Part shown: positions 19,273-28,028 of the stretch, piece by piece
Numbering within the stretch: position 1 is the first letter of the stretch
How the letters are laid out: every line of letters begins with the position of its first letter
Origin: a virus
Virus record (IMG/VR): IMGVR_UViG_3300050821_003659
Location: 1 to 64,000 of that record
Length of the DNA: 64,000 nt
Strand: one strand, 5' to 3'
Translations under genes and position numbers: made by a program
Notes under the pieces: model-generated
Seen by the model: only the letters and a program-made list of their open reading frames with translations
Told to the model about the DNA's origin: nothing
Databases searched by the model: none

Positions 19273-19302
19273 ACGGGGTCAGCAATGGCCCCGTTCTTTT
19301 TT
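19273..19302 (+). terminator. intrinsic terminator
   Basis: ACGGGGTCA-GCAA-TGGCCCCGT followed by TCTTTTTT. Confidence 0.75.
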
Positions 19303-19317
19303 GTCCGAGGAGTTTTG

Positions 19318-21435
19318 ATGGCTGACCCCAAGATTGTCGCAGAGCTAAAAGCAGCCGCTGAAGACGCCCTGTCCCGTGGATTCGCGATTCTCACGTGCGA
19401 ACCTCATGACAAGGCACCGTACGCCAAGTACAGTCCCCATGCGGTCAATTCATCAACCCGAAAACCAGAAGTCGCACTCGCCGCGTGGGTCGCGGGCGAG
19501 GAGGCCAACTATGGCGTTGGCTGTGGCCCCAGTAACATCACCGTGGTTGACGTGGATCACGGGATCAATAATCTCGAAGAGTTCGAAGCGTGGCGAACCA
19601 AGCACGGTCTGCCTGAGACGTTCACTGTCATCTCAGGACGTGACGGCTTTGGTGCCCACATGTACTATTCAGGCAGTGTGCCGACCTGTGGATTCAACAT
19701 TGGTGAAGTCACCGGAGAACTGAAGGGTATCGGAGGATACGTCGTCGGCCCCGGCTCGATTCACCCGAGCGGCAAGAAGTATGCGTTGCTGAAAGACGTG
19801 GCTGTAGCTCCGCTTCCAGACGGACTCGTCGCGATGGCGAAGTCTAAGACGAAAGAGAAGCTGGAGTACAAGCCGAAGGCCCAAGGTGGCGGACTGATCG
19901 CGGCGGGCAACCGCTGGATTCACCTGCAATCAAAGGCGGGCACGTTCCGCAATGCAGGGCTGGATGAGGAAGGCATTTACCTCGCTCTGAAAAACTTCGC
20001 AGAGAACAACTGCGAGGATGGAGCGAATTATCCAGACGACAAGATTCGATCTCTCGCGAAGGCTGCGGTCGGCGTGTTCGATGCGACCGAGTCCGCACCT
20101 GTCATCTTTTTCAGCGACAACAACACGAAGCTGAAGGTCGGCATCGAAGAGTTGCCAAACGACGCCGCAGAGGGCGACTGGCTTGGTGAGATGGCTCATC
20201 ACGTCTCGGACGGGACTTTTATTCCGCTATCATTTGCACGCACACAGATCAAGACGATCCTTGCCTCATCGATCAACGGACTTGTCGGCTTCCCGAGCCA
20301 GCCTGATATTCACATGAAGCAGTGGTCGGTTCTCGTCTCGTCCCAGCCCGAGTCTGGTAAGGGCGAGTCGTGGAAACGCACGGCAGAAGCGGCTCTCGCG
20401 AACTACATCAAGAAGTCGAGCGTCGGACTCCCGAAGGCAGGATACTTCTCTTCGGGTGAGCACATGGTCAAGTACCTTGCTGATCCTGAAAACGGATTTC
20501 CCGACAACGGACTCGGCGGACGAAACGTCCTCGTGTACTTTGACGAGTTGAAGTCTCTGTTCGAGAAGGGAGCGTCTGTCGGATCGACGTTGTTCTCGAA
20601 GATGATCGAACTCTACGAACGCGACGACTCCAGTGCGGGATCACTCTCGCACGAGGGCGGCGAGTTCAAGAACATCGCACTCTCGTTCACCGGAGGTTTC
20701 ACTGGATCGTCGTTCGATGCGGCGGTTGCTGGCAAAGGTGCGGGCGGCGACGGATTTCTGTCGCGTTGCGTCCTCGCGTACACTGGCGACGTGAAGCACT
20801 GCGGCGACTGGGCGGATCAGGACACTGCGGCGATCAATGCTCTCTCGCAGAAGATGCTCAAGAAGTACAGCGAGTTGTTGCAATCGTTTCTCGATAAGAA
20901 GAACGCTGATTCCGGTAAAGAGGAGTTCGATCCTCTAAAGTGGCGATACGTGCCTGTAGAAACATCCGAAGCGAAGCAACTCCGCATGGACTTTCAGAAG
21001 TGGCTCTTTGAAAAACGCAAAGAGCACAACGAACGTCATCCGGGGTTGGGATACATGTCGCGTATCGAGGCTCACTTCAAACGCGATCTGCTGATGCGGA
21101 CAGTGTTCTCTGATGACACGACGATCACTGCTGACAAGACGCAGAGGGCCATCGACTGGGCGAAGCATGAGTTGTATCTGCGTGAGGAACTCTGGCCTGT
21201 TGATCGAGGCTCTGTGGTCACTCGCATGGAGGCAACGATCATCCGGGCGTTGGAGAAGCACGAGCACCTCACGAAGATGGAACTGCAACGCTTCTGCAAC
21301 GTCAAGCGATCCGAATCAGGCGGCGTCGGAACGTTCAATATGGCGTGGAAGAACATGATGCAGGGCGGCTGCGTCGAGGTGGTTGGCAAGACGCACAAGG
21401 GCACGGAGAAGTTCGGATTGGTCGAAGGCTTCTAA
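19318..21435 (+). CDS. bifunctional DNA primase-polymerase with PriCT and DUF3987-type helicase domain
   Basis: ANYGV, VVDVD, GAHMYY, GGYVVGPGSIHPSG; P-loop PESGKGES; YFDE; DGFLSR. Confidence 0.85.
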   Translation: MADPKIVAELKAAAEDALSRGFAILTCEPHDKAPYAKYSPHAVNSSTRKPEVALAAWVAGEEANYGVGCGPSNITVVDVDHGINNLEEFEAWRTKHGLPETFTVISGRDGFGAHMYYSGSVPTCGFNIGEVTGELKGIGGYVVGPGSIHPSGKKYALLKDVAVAPLPDGLVAMAKSKTKEKLEYKPKAQGGGLIAAGNRWIHLQSKAGTFRNAGLDEEGIYLALKNFAENNCEDGANYPDDKIRSLAKAAVGVFDATESAPVIFFSDNNTKLKVGIEELPNDAAEGDWLGEMAHHVSDGTFIPLSFARTQIKTILASSINGLVGFPSQPDIHMKQWSVLVSSQPESGKGESWKRTAEAALANYIKKSSVGLPKAGYFSSGEHMVKYLADPENGFPDNGLGGRNVLVYFDELKSLFEKGASVGSTLFSKMIELYERDDSSAGSLSHEGGEFKNIALSFTGGFTGSSFDAAVAGKGAGGDGFLSRCVLAYTGDVKHCGDWADQDTAAINALSQKMLKKYSELLQSFLDKKNADSGKEEFDPLKWRYVPVETSEAKQLRMDFQKWLFEKRKEHNERHPGLGYMSRIEAHFKRDLLMRTVFSDDTTITADKTQRAIDWAKHELYLREELWPVDRGSVVTRMEATIIRALEKHEHLTKMELQRFCNVKRSESGGVGTFNMAWKNMMQGGCVEVVGKTHKGTEKFGLVEGF

Positions 21436-21603
21436 TCGGAGTCAGAGGCTCCTGACAGACCCCCCTAAGCTCGTACGCACAAATATTCTTTTGTTTCATA
21501 TATTTACAGACATACAGGGGGGTGTCACGGGAACTCTTCGTGACTACGATTCCCAAAACAGCCCCTAAACCTTTGAAACTAAAGAAAGAGCGGAGAAAAC
21601 AAC

Positions 21604-21915
21604 TTGACTACGATTCAGACTACGATTCGCGGCAAAGAGCCAAAAGTCGTCTATCTCGATGGAAACATTGAGCTTGGATGGTTTCGGATGGGCCGGGGCG
21701 TTCCTGACGGCGTGTCTGTGGCTCCTGTAGGAGGGACAATCCACCTCCAGACCTTCCGCATCGCGGAGTGTGCGAGGTTGAAGGATGCCCGCCTCTTTCG
21801 CGATCTGTTTCACAAACGGTTCCGGCACTGCTGGGCACGCGGCGACTGGTTTAAGAACCTCGACATCGTGGACGCGATCAAAGCATTCGACGTGTTGATG
21901 AGGAGTGAACAGTGA
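21604..21915 (+). CDS. hypothetical protein
   Basis: TTG start with GGAG RBS, coupled to the polymerase gene. Confidence 0.6.
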   Translation: MTTIQTTIRGKEPKVVYLDGNIELGWFRMGRGVPDGVSVAPVGGTIHLQTFRIAECARLKDARLFRDLFHKRFRHCWARGDWFKNLDIVDAIKAFDVLMRSEQ

Positions 21916-23999
21916 GACGACTCTGGCTGGACTTCGAAACTCGTTCGATGCTGAACATCAAAAAGGTCGGTCTTGACCGCTACGGCAAGGACAAGACGAC
22001 TCAGGTGCTCATGCTGGCGTGGGCTTTTGATTACGACAAACCCCGTCTGTGGCTCCCCTGTCTCGGGGAACCGATGCCCCCGGAACTCTACGCCGGATTG
22101 ACAGACCCGACAGTTCTGAAGTGTGCGTGGAACTTTAACTTCGAAAAAGACATCCTGCACTTTCAACTCGGGATCGCGATTCCGCTGGTTGAGTGGTACG
22201 ACCCCGCAACGCTTTGTGCTTACATGTCGCTGCCTATCGGCTTGCACCGAGCCAGCCAAGCACTCGACATCGACACGAAGAAAGTTCACATCACGGGCGA
22301 CGAGCGTCCTGTGAAGATGTTCTCGAATCCGTCGAAGCAGTTGAAACGCGTGCTGAAGAAAAATCCTGACGCACCTGCGTTTTACTTCAAGGATTGGAAC
22401 TCGCATCCTGAGGACTGGGCGATCTTCTGCTCGTACTGTATTCAGGACGTGGAGGCGGAACGCGGCGTGTGGGAGGCTGCGGTCGCATTCAACTCCCCGA
22501 TGACGCACGGCGAGAAAGAGGCGTGGCTCCTCGACCAGAGGATGAACGACAACGGTGTCTGGATCGACATGCAGTACGTCCTGAACGCGATGAAGGTCGC
22601 ACAGGGCGAGGCCGACCAGATCATCGCAGAGATGAAACTGGAAACGGGTCTGGAGAATCCGAACAGCCGCGACCAGATTCTCGAATGGTTGCAAGCACGC
22701 AATTATCCGTTCGAGAGCGTGGACGTTGAGCACATCGAGGAGGCACTGAAAGAACAGAAGCGTTACAAGATGCCGCCACTCGCGATCAAGATTCTGCTGC
22801 TGAAGCAGAAGCTGGGCGGCTCCGCGTACAAGAAGCTGCAAAGCATTCTCGACCGCGTCGGCCCTGATGGTCGCTTGCGAGATCAGTTCACTTATCACGG
22901 AGCACACACGGGTCGGTGGTCTGGACGCGGCGTGCAGTTGCAAAATCTGTACAAGCCTGACCGTGAAGTCTCTCGTGCGTTGGAGCAGCTAGTCACCGCA
23001 CTGCGAGACGGTACGCTCGACATTCCGAATGTCATCACCACGTTTGACGCGGAGATTGACACATGGAACTCCGCAAATCCTGCGGAGAAACCAAAGAAGC
23101 ACCTTGACCCGAAGCCCTTCACACCGATGGAGGTGGTCGCGTCAACGATCCGGGCCGCGTTCGCTGCGGCACCGGGGAACAAACTGGTTGTCGGTGACCT
23201 TGCACAGATCGAGTCACGCGTGCTGGCTGCAATCGCACAGTGTCCGACGATGCTCTCCGCGTACGCAGAGGGCCGCGATCTTTACAAGGAAGTGATGGCG
23301 GCACAACTCGGCATTCCGCTGAGCGAAGTCACCAAGGCACACCGCGACCGAGGCAAGGTCATCATCCTCGGCTGCGGATACGGGATGGGCTGGGAAAAGT
23401 TCATCGACTACGCCCTCACGTACGGCATCGTGCTCACCGAGAAGGAAGCGAAGGATGCAGTCTGGGGATTCCGCGAGACGTACAGCGAGATCGTGGACTT
23501 CTGGGCAGAGATCAATCAGGCAGTCATCACGGCGTTCAAGGCGGGCATCTGCGTGTACGTACGCGGGCTGGTCGTAGATGGGCGAGATGAGAAGTGCCTG
23601 AAGATCAAGCTGCCGAGCGGACGGTACATTCACTACCACAAGCCGACACTGCTGTTCGAGCCTCCACCGTGGGGCGGGCCACCTAAAGAGTCGATCAGCT
23701 TCATCATGTACGGCTCGAAGGGTGCGGAGAGCAAGCGGCTTTACGGCGGGCTGCTCACTGAGAACATCGTTCAAGCGGTCGCACGCGATCTGTTGTTGAA
23801 CGGCATGCTTGAGGCCGAGAAGATGGGCTTCAAGATCATTATGACGATTCACGACGAGATAGCTGGTGAGGTGCCAATAGATTCTCCGCTGGGAGAGAAG
23901 GAACTTCTGGCGGCGATGTGCATCGTCCCCGAGTGGGGCGAGGGCATGGGGTTCGTACTCAAGGCAGAAGGGTACGAGAATCCGTACTACAAGAAATAG
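21912..23999 (+). CDS. polA: DNA polymerase family A with 3'-5' exonuclease
   Basis: ExoI LDFET, ExoIII YCIQDV, HTGRWSG, motif A DLAQIESR, motif B RGK...GYG, motif C IHDE. Confidence 0.95.
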   Translation: MRRLWLDFETRSMLNIKKVGLDRYGKDKTTQVLMLAWAFDYDKPRLWLPCLGEPMPPELYAGLTDPTVLKCAWNFNFEKDILHFQLGIAIPLVEWYDPATLCAYMSLPIGLHRASQALDIDTKKVHITGDERPVKMFSNPSKQLKRVLKKNPDAPAFYFKDWNSHPEDWAIFCSYCIQDVEAERGVWEAAVAFNSPMTHGEKEAWLLDQRMNDNGVWIDMQYVLNAMKVAQGEADQIIAEMKLETGLENPNSRDQILEWLQARNYPFESVDVEHIEEALKEQKRYKMPPLAIKILLLKQKLGGSAYKKLQSILDRVGPDGRLRDQFTYHGAHTGRWSGRGVQLQNLYKPDREVSRALEQLVTALRDGTLDIPNVITTFDAEIDTWNSANPAEKPKKHLDPKPFTPMEVVASTIRAAFAAAPGNKLVVGDLAQIESRVLAAIAQCPTMLSAYAEGRDLYKEVMAAQLGIPLSEVTKAHRDRGKVIILGCGYGMGWEKFIDYALTYGIVLTEKEAKDAVWGFRETYSEIVDFWAEINQAVITAFKAGICVYVRGLVVDGRDEKCLKIKLPSGRYIHYHKPTLLFEPPPWGGPPKESISFIMYGSKGAESKRLYGGLLTENIVQAVARDLLLNGMLEAEKMGFKIIMTIHDEIAGEVPIDSPLGEKELLAAMCIVPEWGEGMGFVLKAEGYENPYYKK

Positions 24000-24000
24000 C

Positions 24001-24029
24001 TTGACACGGGGCGTGGCGGCTGCTACGCT
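24001..24029 (+). promoter_or_regulatory. sigma70-like promoter
   Basis: TTGACA-17 nt-TACGCT with TG extension. Confidence 0.6.
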
Positions 24030-24035
24030 CCTGTC

Positions 24036-24197
24036 ATGACGAAACTGAAGTGCGGATGCAAACCGACAGATGCCTGTCCACACGCTCTGGCTCACGTCTT
24101 CTTCATCACGAAGACTGTGTCGAAGCCAAAGACACACGAGTGTGTTGTGTGCCACGGGCCTTACCCAAACTGCCGATGTTTCGAGGAGGAAAAATGA
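24036..24197 (+). CDS. small Cys-rich protein (possibly leaderless)
   Basis: MTKLKCGCKPTDACPH...CVVCHGPYPNCRC; ATG lies about 7 nt after the -10 box. Confidence 0.45.
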   Translation: MTKLKCGCKPTDACPHALAHVFFITKTVSKPKTHECVVCHGPYPNCRCFEEEK

Positions 24198-24394
24198 AAA
24201 TCGAAGTGACGCCCATTCAGGGCACAGCAAATCAGTTCACCGTCACGCTGGCGGGAAATTACCGTCTGGCGTTTGCGGGCACGCAGGACAACGCAGTTCA
24301 AGTCGCGGCTGACCTTCGCAAGTCGATCAACCGCAGCGGTCGCAAGACTTCAAAAAAGGTCTTGACAGCGACCCCCATCCTTGCTACTGTGTAA
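24194..24394 (+). CDS. hypothetical protein
   Basis: GAGGAGG RBS, ATG 24194. Confidence 0.65.
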   Translation: MKIEVTPIQGTANQFTVTLAGNYRLAFAGTQDNAVQVAADLRKSINRSGRKTSKKVLTATPILATV

Positions 24395-24461
24395 GTAGAG
24401 GGGAGTGAGGTAAAGCGGCTCCCTACCAGCCCTTGACAGAACACCGCATCTGGGCGATCAT
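24362..24461 (+). promoter_or_regulatory. tandem sigma70-like promoters upstream of the ncRNA block
   Basis: TTGACA-17-TACTGT (24362) and TTGACA-17-GATCAT (24433). Confidence 0.6.
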
Positions 24462-24496
24462 GCCGCTTGGGTCACTCCCAAATTTTAGGAGGAACG

Positions 24497-24739
24497 ATGA
24501 CAGTTTTCGGAGCGATTGTAGCAGCAGTTTTGCGGAAGGCCGAGGCGTTCCTCGCGGAATGCAAGGCCCTCGTCGTGAAGGCCAAGGCGATTGAGAAGAA
24601 TCTCGTCGCGACGGCTGAGCACGATGTGCACGAAGTGATCTTGAAGGCGAAGGAAGACGTGATCGACATCGAGACGAAGGTCGAGAACGAAGTCAAGACT
24701 CTGAAGAACGAGTTGGTTGACAAAATCTCGAAGCTGTAA
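24497..24739 (+). CDS. small amphipathic helical protein
   Basis: AGGAGG RBS, 80 aa. Confidence 0.7.
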   Translation: MTVFGAIVAAVLRKAEAFLAECKALVVKAKAIEKNLVATAEHDVHEVILKAKEDVIDIETKVENEVKTLKNELVDKISKL

Positions 24740-24744
24740 GTTAC

Positions 24745-24893
24745 GGGCACACGCGGTTACGGAACTGGGTGTTCAATCACTCAGATCGCAACCAACGGAG
24801 ACTTTGTCAGAAAAGAACGCACGTGAAACGTCGCGACGAGTAGCGTGCAAGTAATCCGTTGGGAATGGTGGTTCGAGTCCACAGGTGCCCACC
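24745..24893 (+). ncRNA. tRNA-like structured RNA with enlarged internal arms
   Basis: GGGCAC/GTGCCC acceptor-like stem plus ACC, T-arm GTGG-TTCGAGT-CCAC, internal stems CTGGGTG/CACTCAG and CCAACGGA/TCCGTTGG. Confidence 0.55.
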
Positions 24894-25116
24894 GACATTG
24901 AGGTTGCTGATGTGAGAAGGCTAAACTCTGACGTGTAAAATGCGACCGAGCCTTGGAAGTAGGTCGTGTTTCCAAAAAGTTTGACCCCCAATTGATAGGC
25001 AGATACTGTCAGCACGTGAAGTCGTGCGTCGAGCCGCCACGTAAGGGGCGGGGAGATATAGTCATAATGCTGCTGGGTCATTTTGGGCGAGGGGCTTCAC
25101 TCGCCCACCGAATTAC

Positions 25117-25457
25117 GCAAGTATGAAGGCGTTGTTTCCGTTTTCGGACGCGGGTTCGATTCCCGCCGCCTCCACCAAAGATGCTGAATCAGCGACACAG
25201 TGTGCACACGTCGTGTGATTGAGGTTCGTTTAACTCCTCACGATAGAACACGCTTGAGAGGTTCAGCACTTTTGATGGGGGCGTCAAGGCTTCGACGGAG
25301 GCGATGAGATGGCGTTGGACTTGCCGAGGTTGTATGGCTCCTCGTTAAACAGACATGCAAAAACCAAACGCAGAGACTAAACCCCTCGCGATGGCTGCTG
25401 CCGCTGGTCGGTAGAAGTCAGGAGGCTTTGCTCCCACCTTCTCAAATAACGGGAGCA
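25117..25457 (+). ncRNA. ssrA: circularly permuted (two-piece) tmRNA
   Basis: Acceptor piece ends GCGGGTTCGATTCCCGC-CGCCTCC-A-CCA (25177); coding piece starts GGGGGCG (25277); G3-U70 pair; P2 pairings; pk1 CGAGG/CCTCG; tag frame 25370-25414 AETKPLAMAAAAGR*. Confidence 0.9.
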
Positions 25458-25459
25458 CT

Positions 25460-25596
25460 TTCATAGTCGCTCGTGATAGCATGAGGGCGACTGTTCAACC
25501 AGTTCGAACAAACGCACGGCACCTTGAGTACCCGTGCGACCCGTTGTCCCCATCGGATTGTGGCGGGACGTGAATCGTTGAACGAGCGACTATGAA
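25460..25596 (+). ncRNA. unidentified structured RNA closed by a 15-bp perfect stem
   Basis: TTCATAGTCGCTCGT / ACGAGCGACTATGAA plus internal hairpins. Confidence 0.5.
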
Positions 25597-25599
25597 CTT

Positions 25600-25752
25600 A
25601 TGAACACACTGAAACTAGCACACGCGGTCATCGTAGCAATGTCAGTCGAGAGCCTCGTGGCATCGGCTGCATTCGCGTACGAACACAACTGGAAACTCGC
25701 ACTGTACTGGTTTCTCGTCTCTGCGATCAATGCGGTCGCATCGACGTTTTGA
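25600..25752 (+). CDS. small two-TM membrane protein
   Basis: MNTLKLAHAVIVAMSVESLVASAAFAYEHNWKLALYWFLVSAINAVASTF. Confidence 0.5.
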   Translation: MNTLKLAHAVIVAMSVESLVASAAFAYEHNWKLALYWFLVSAINAVASTF

Positions 25753-25868
25753 CATCCGCACCCACCTACACCCATGCACCGCGTTCATGACGGTGGTGTA
25801 AGCATGGTGATATGGATCGAGCCGTGGTGGGCGGGGGAGCTAGTCTCCCCCCGACATTAGGAGGAGCA

Positions 25869-26249
25869 ATGGCTGTGAAGAAAAAGCCGAGCAAACGCGT
25901 CACGATGAGAAAACCGAGACAAAATAAGCTGGCACAGGTCGCCGCCGAACTCGCACGCACGAAGATCGAGATCGCGAAGAAGTCAGTTGCGGGGACTGCT
26001 TGGAAGGCACCCGCGATCAACGTCCGTCCTATCGCGGAGCCTCAGGCATTCTGGGTTCGGGCACGCATGATCGAGACGCCGGAAATTGGCTACGGGCCGA
26101 AGACGTTCCTCGCCCGCATACCAGTTACACTCACGACGATCCCTGAACTGCCCGAGGTGGTTCGGATCGCGAATCAGTTTTTTGTGTTGACGACCACGCT
26201 GCCTGTCACGTACAGTCAGAAGCAGTACGCAGAGGCCACAAGACTATGA
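25869..26249 (+). CDS. hypothetical protein
   Basis: AGGAGGAG RBS, basic N-terminus. Confidence 0.7.
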   Translation: MAVKKKPSKRVTMRKPRQNKLAQVAAELARTKIEIAKKSVAGTAWKAPAINVRPIAEPQAFWVRARMIETPEIGYGPKTFLARIPVTLTTIPELPEVVRIANQFFVLTTTLPVTYSQKQYAEATRL

Positions 26250-27172
26250 GCGAAATCTTCATCACTTCCGACGAGCACTATGGGCACGCGAACATCATCC
26301 AGTTCTGCGACCGTCCCTTCGTCTCGACGGAGCAGATGCAGGAGACGATCATCGAGCGGCACAACAAGAAAGTTCCGAACAACAAGCACCACCTCACTAT
26401 CCACGCAGGTGACATGTTCTGGCAGACGATGACTGAGGGAGAAGCCCTCGCCATCCTCACGCGGCTGAACGGTCGGCACGCGTTTCTCTACGGTAATCAC
26501 GACGAGTTGATGGAGCGGTCGCGGCTGCTGCCTGATGCGTTCGAGTGGGTTCGCGGTCGCAACAAAGAGAACACGAGCCACAGCGTTCAGTTCAACAAGC
26601 ATCGCATCGTCATCAGTCACTTCGCTCAGCGAGTCTGGCAGAACAGTCACAAAGGTTCGTGGCACGTGTACGGGCACTCGCACGGTGAGATCGCTGAGTT
26701 GGGCAAGTCGTTCGACATCGGCGTTGACTGTCACAACTTCGAACCGTGGTCGCTTGAAGAGATCGAAGCGAAGATGAGCAAGCTGTCCTCGCATCACGTG
26801 ATCCCTGCGGCGAAGCGGTGGCACCCTTGCAATCCGGCAGAGTCGCAATACTGCGGCGTCTGTCCTGACTGCCTTGCTCACCTCCGCGAGACGGGCACCT
26901 CCCTGATGCCTCGACGCGGCGACGGTGATCCCCTCCCCCTCGGCTCTTTGTACGAGAAGCCGATCATGGGGCACGACGGAAAGACCGCGATAGGCACCAT
27001 CGTCGCGTACGATCCGAGCATCAAGAACGCCAGTGTAGCTCAGACGGTAGAGCAGGGCACCTGTAATGCCAAGGTCGGGGGTTCAAATCCCTCCGCTGGC
27101 TCCACTGTTCACTTCCATCCCGTGGGCGAGACTTGCGGGTTCTGTGCAATGCAGGGAAGGATGGATATATGA
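26246..27172 (+). CDS. calcineurin-like metallophosphoesterase with C-terminal extension
   Basis: SDEHYGH, AGD, YGNHD, SHF, YGHSH, DIGVD motifs. Confidence 0.9.
   Translation: MSEIFITSDEHYGHANIIQFCDRPFVSTEQMQETIIERHNKKVPNNKHHLTIHAGDMFWQTMTEGEALAILTRLNGRHAFLYGNHDELMERSRLLPDAFEWVRGRNKENTSHSVQFNKHRIVISHFAQRVWQNSHKGSWHVYGHSHGEIAELGKSFDIGVDCHNFEPWSLEEIEAKMSKLSSHHVIPAAKRWHPCNPAESQYCGVCPDCLAHLRETGTSLMPRRGDGDPLPLGSLYEKPIMGHDGKTAIGTIVAYDPSIKNASVAQTVEQGTCNAKVGGSNPSAGSTVHFHPVGETCGFCAMQGRMDI
27029..27104 (+). tRNA. tRNA-Thr(TGT), atypical C33, inside a CDS
   Basis: GCCAGTG/CGCTGGC acceptor, GCTC/GAGC D arm, loop CCTGTAA, T loop TTCAAAT, encoded CCA. Confidence 0.8.
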
Positions 27173-27354
27173 ACAAAGACAAGCGGGACTGGCTTTTCAT
27201 GGCAGGAGTCGCGGCTGTGATCTGGCTCTGGGCGAGTGCGTTCTGTCTTACGATGGCAGTGCTCGGTCAGTGTCTTCCGAAAGACTTGTTCTGGTACGGA
27301 CTCAGCACACTTGCAAGCGGGGTGACTTTCAAAACAATCTTTGACCAATTCTAG
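27169..27354 (+). CDS. small two-TM membrane protein (holin-like size)
   Basis: MNKDKRDWLFMAGVAAVIWLWASAFCLTMAVL; ATGA overlap. Confidence 0.55.
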   Translation: MNKDKRDWLFMAGVAAVIWLWASAFCLTMAVLGQCLPKDLFWYGLSTLASGVTFKTIFDQF

Positions 27355-27362
27355 GAGACAGC

Positions 27363-28028
27363 ATGGCGATGACAGGCGACATCAAATCGTACATGCAGCA
27401 GTGGCTCCAAACGGCAACGAAGGGCGATGTCGTCGTAGACTACGCGTGGTTTCAAGACCGCATGGAGTTGCGGTGCAAGAAGTGCCACGCGGTGTTCCGC
27501 TGCACGCTGCCTGAGAGTCCGACTGAGATTGACTGGTCAATCCAGAAGTGGGTAAAGCAGCACGCACCCGGAGGAGAGCACGACACAAAAGAGTTGCACT
27601 GTCCTGTCGATCCGATTCCGCTCACTGCGGACTTTCACAAGCTGCCGAGTTTCAATCCGATTCCGTTACAGACGGGCGGGCAAACAGGGATCATCGACGC
27701 CAGCGAAGCGAAGGCCGCGATCCTGAAAGCCCAGATGGAGACGTACAAAGCTGAGCAGGAAAAGAAAGACATCGACGGCAAGGTTGAGTGGTTGAAGAAG
27801 ACGGCGGCACAGAAGGCTGAGGTTGCTGCGGCACAGACTGAGAAGGCGAAGGAACAAGCTCTTGCGAATCTGCTTCTGATGATGACACAGATGACGCAGA
27901 ACCCCCAGATCGTCAAGGCGATGAAGCCGCCAGAGGCCGTCCTTCCGAAAGAATGGGAGACAACAGTCACGCCGCAACCGAGAATACCGAAGGCCGCGAA
28001 GATCGTCACAGGACGGAGGTTCCGATGA
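27363..28028 (+). CDS. hypothetical Zn-finger/coiled-coil protein with C-terminal GRRFR
   Basis: CKKC...H; ends KIVTGRRFR. Confidence 0.75.
   Translation: MAMTGDIKSYMQQWLQTATKGDVVVDYAWFQDRMELRCKKCHAVFRCTLPESPTEIDWSIQKWVKQHAPGGEHDTKELHCPVDPIPLTADFHKLPSFNPIPLQTGGQTGIIDASEAKAAILKAQMETYKAEQEKKDIDGKVEWLKKTAAQKAEVAAAQTEKAKEQALANLLLMMTQMTQNPQIVKAMKPPEAVLPKEWETTVTPQPRIPKAAKIVTGRRFR

Noticed and set aside
9719-23999. Introns or inteins in terminase, primase or polymerase
   Set aside because: ORFs are continuous and of normal length, with no intein splice-junction motifs or embedded homing nuclease.
24745-24893. Selenocysteine or opal suppressor tRNA because of the TTCAA loop
   Set aside because: The loop is not a 7-nt anticodon loop on a 5-bp stem in the right position, and acceptor and D-arm geometry do not fit tRNA-Sec.
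24922-24970. Twister or pistol ribozyme
   Set aside because: Pseudoknot-like pairings exist, but I could not match the conserved catalytic cores.
28008-28028. GRRFR explained purely as a by-product of GGAGGTTCCGATGA translational coupling
   Set aside because: Copies at 39679, 40750 and about 34450 use different codons and are not coupled; coupling may contribute but is not sufficient.
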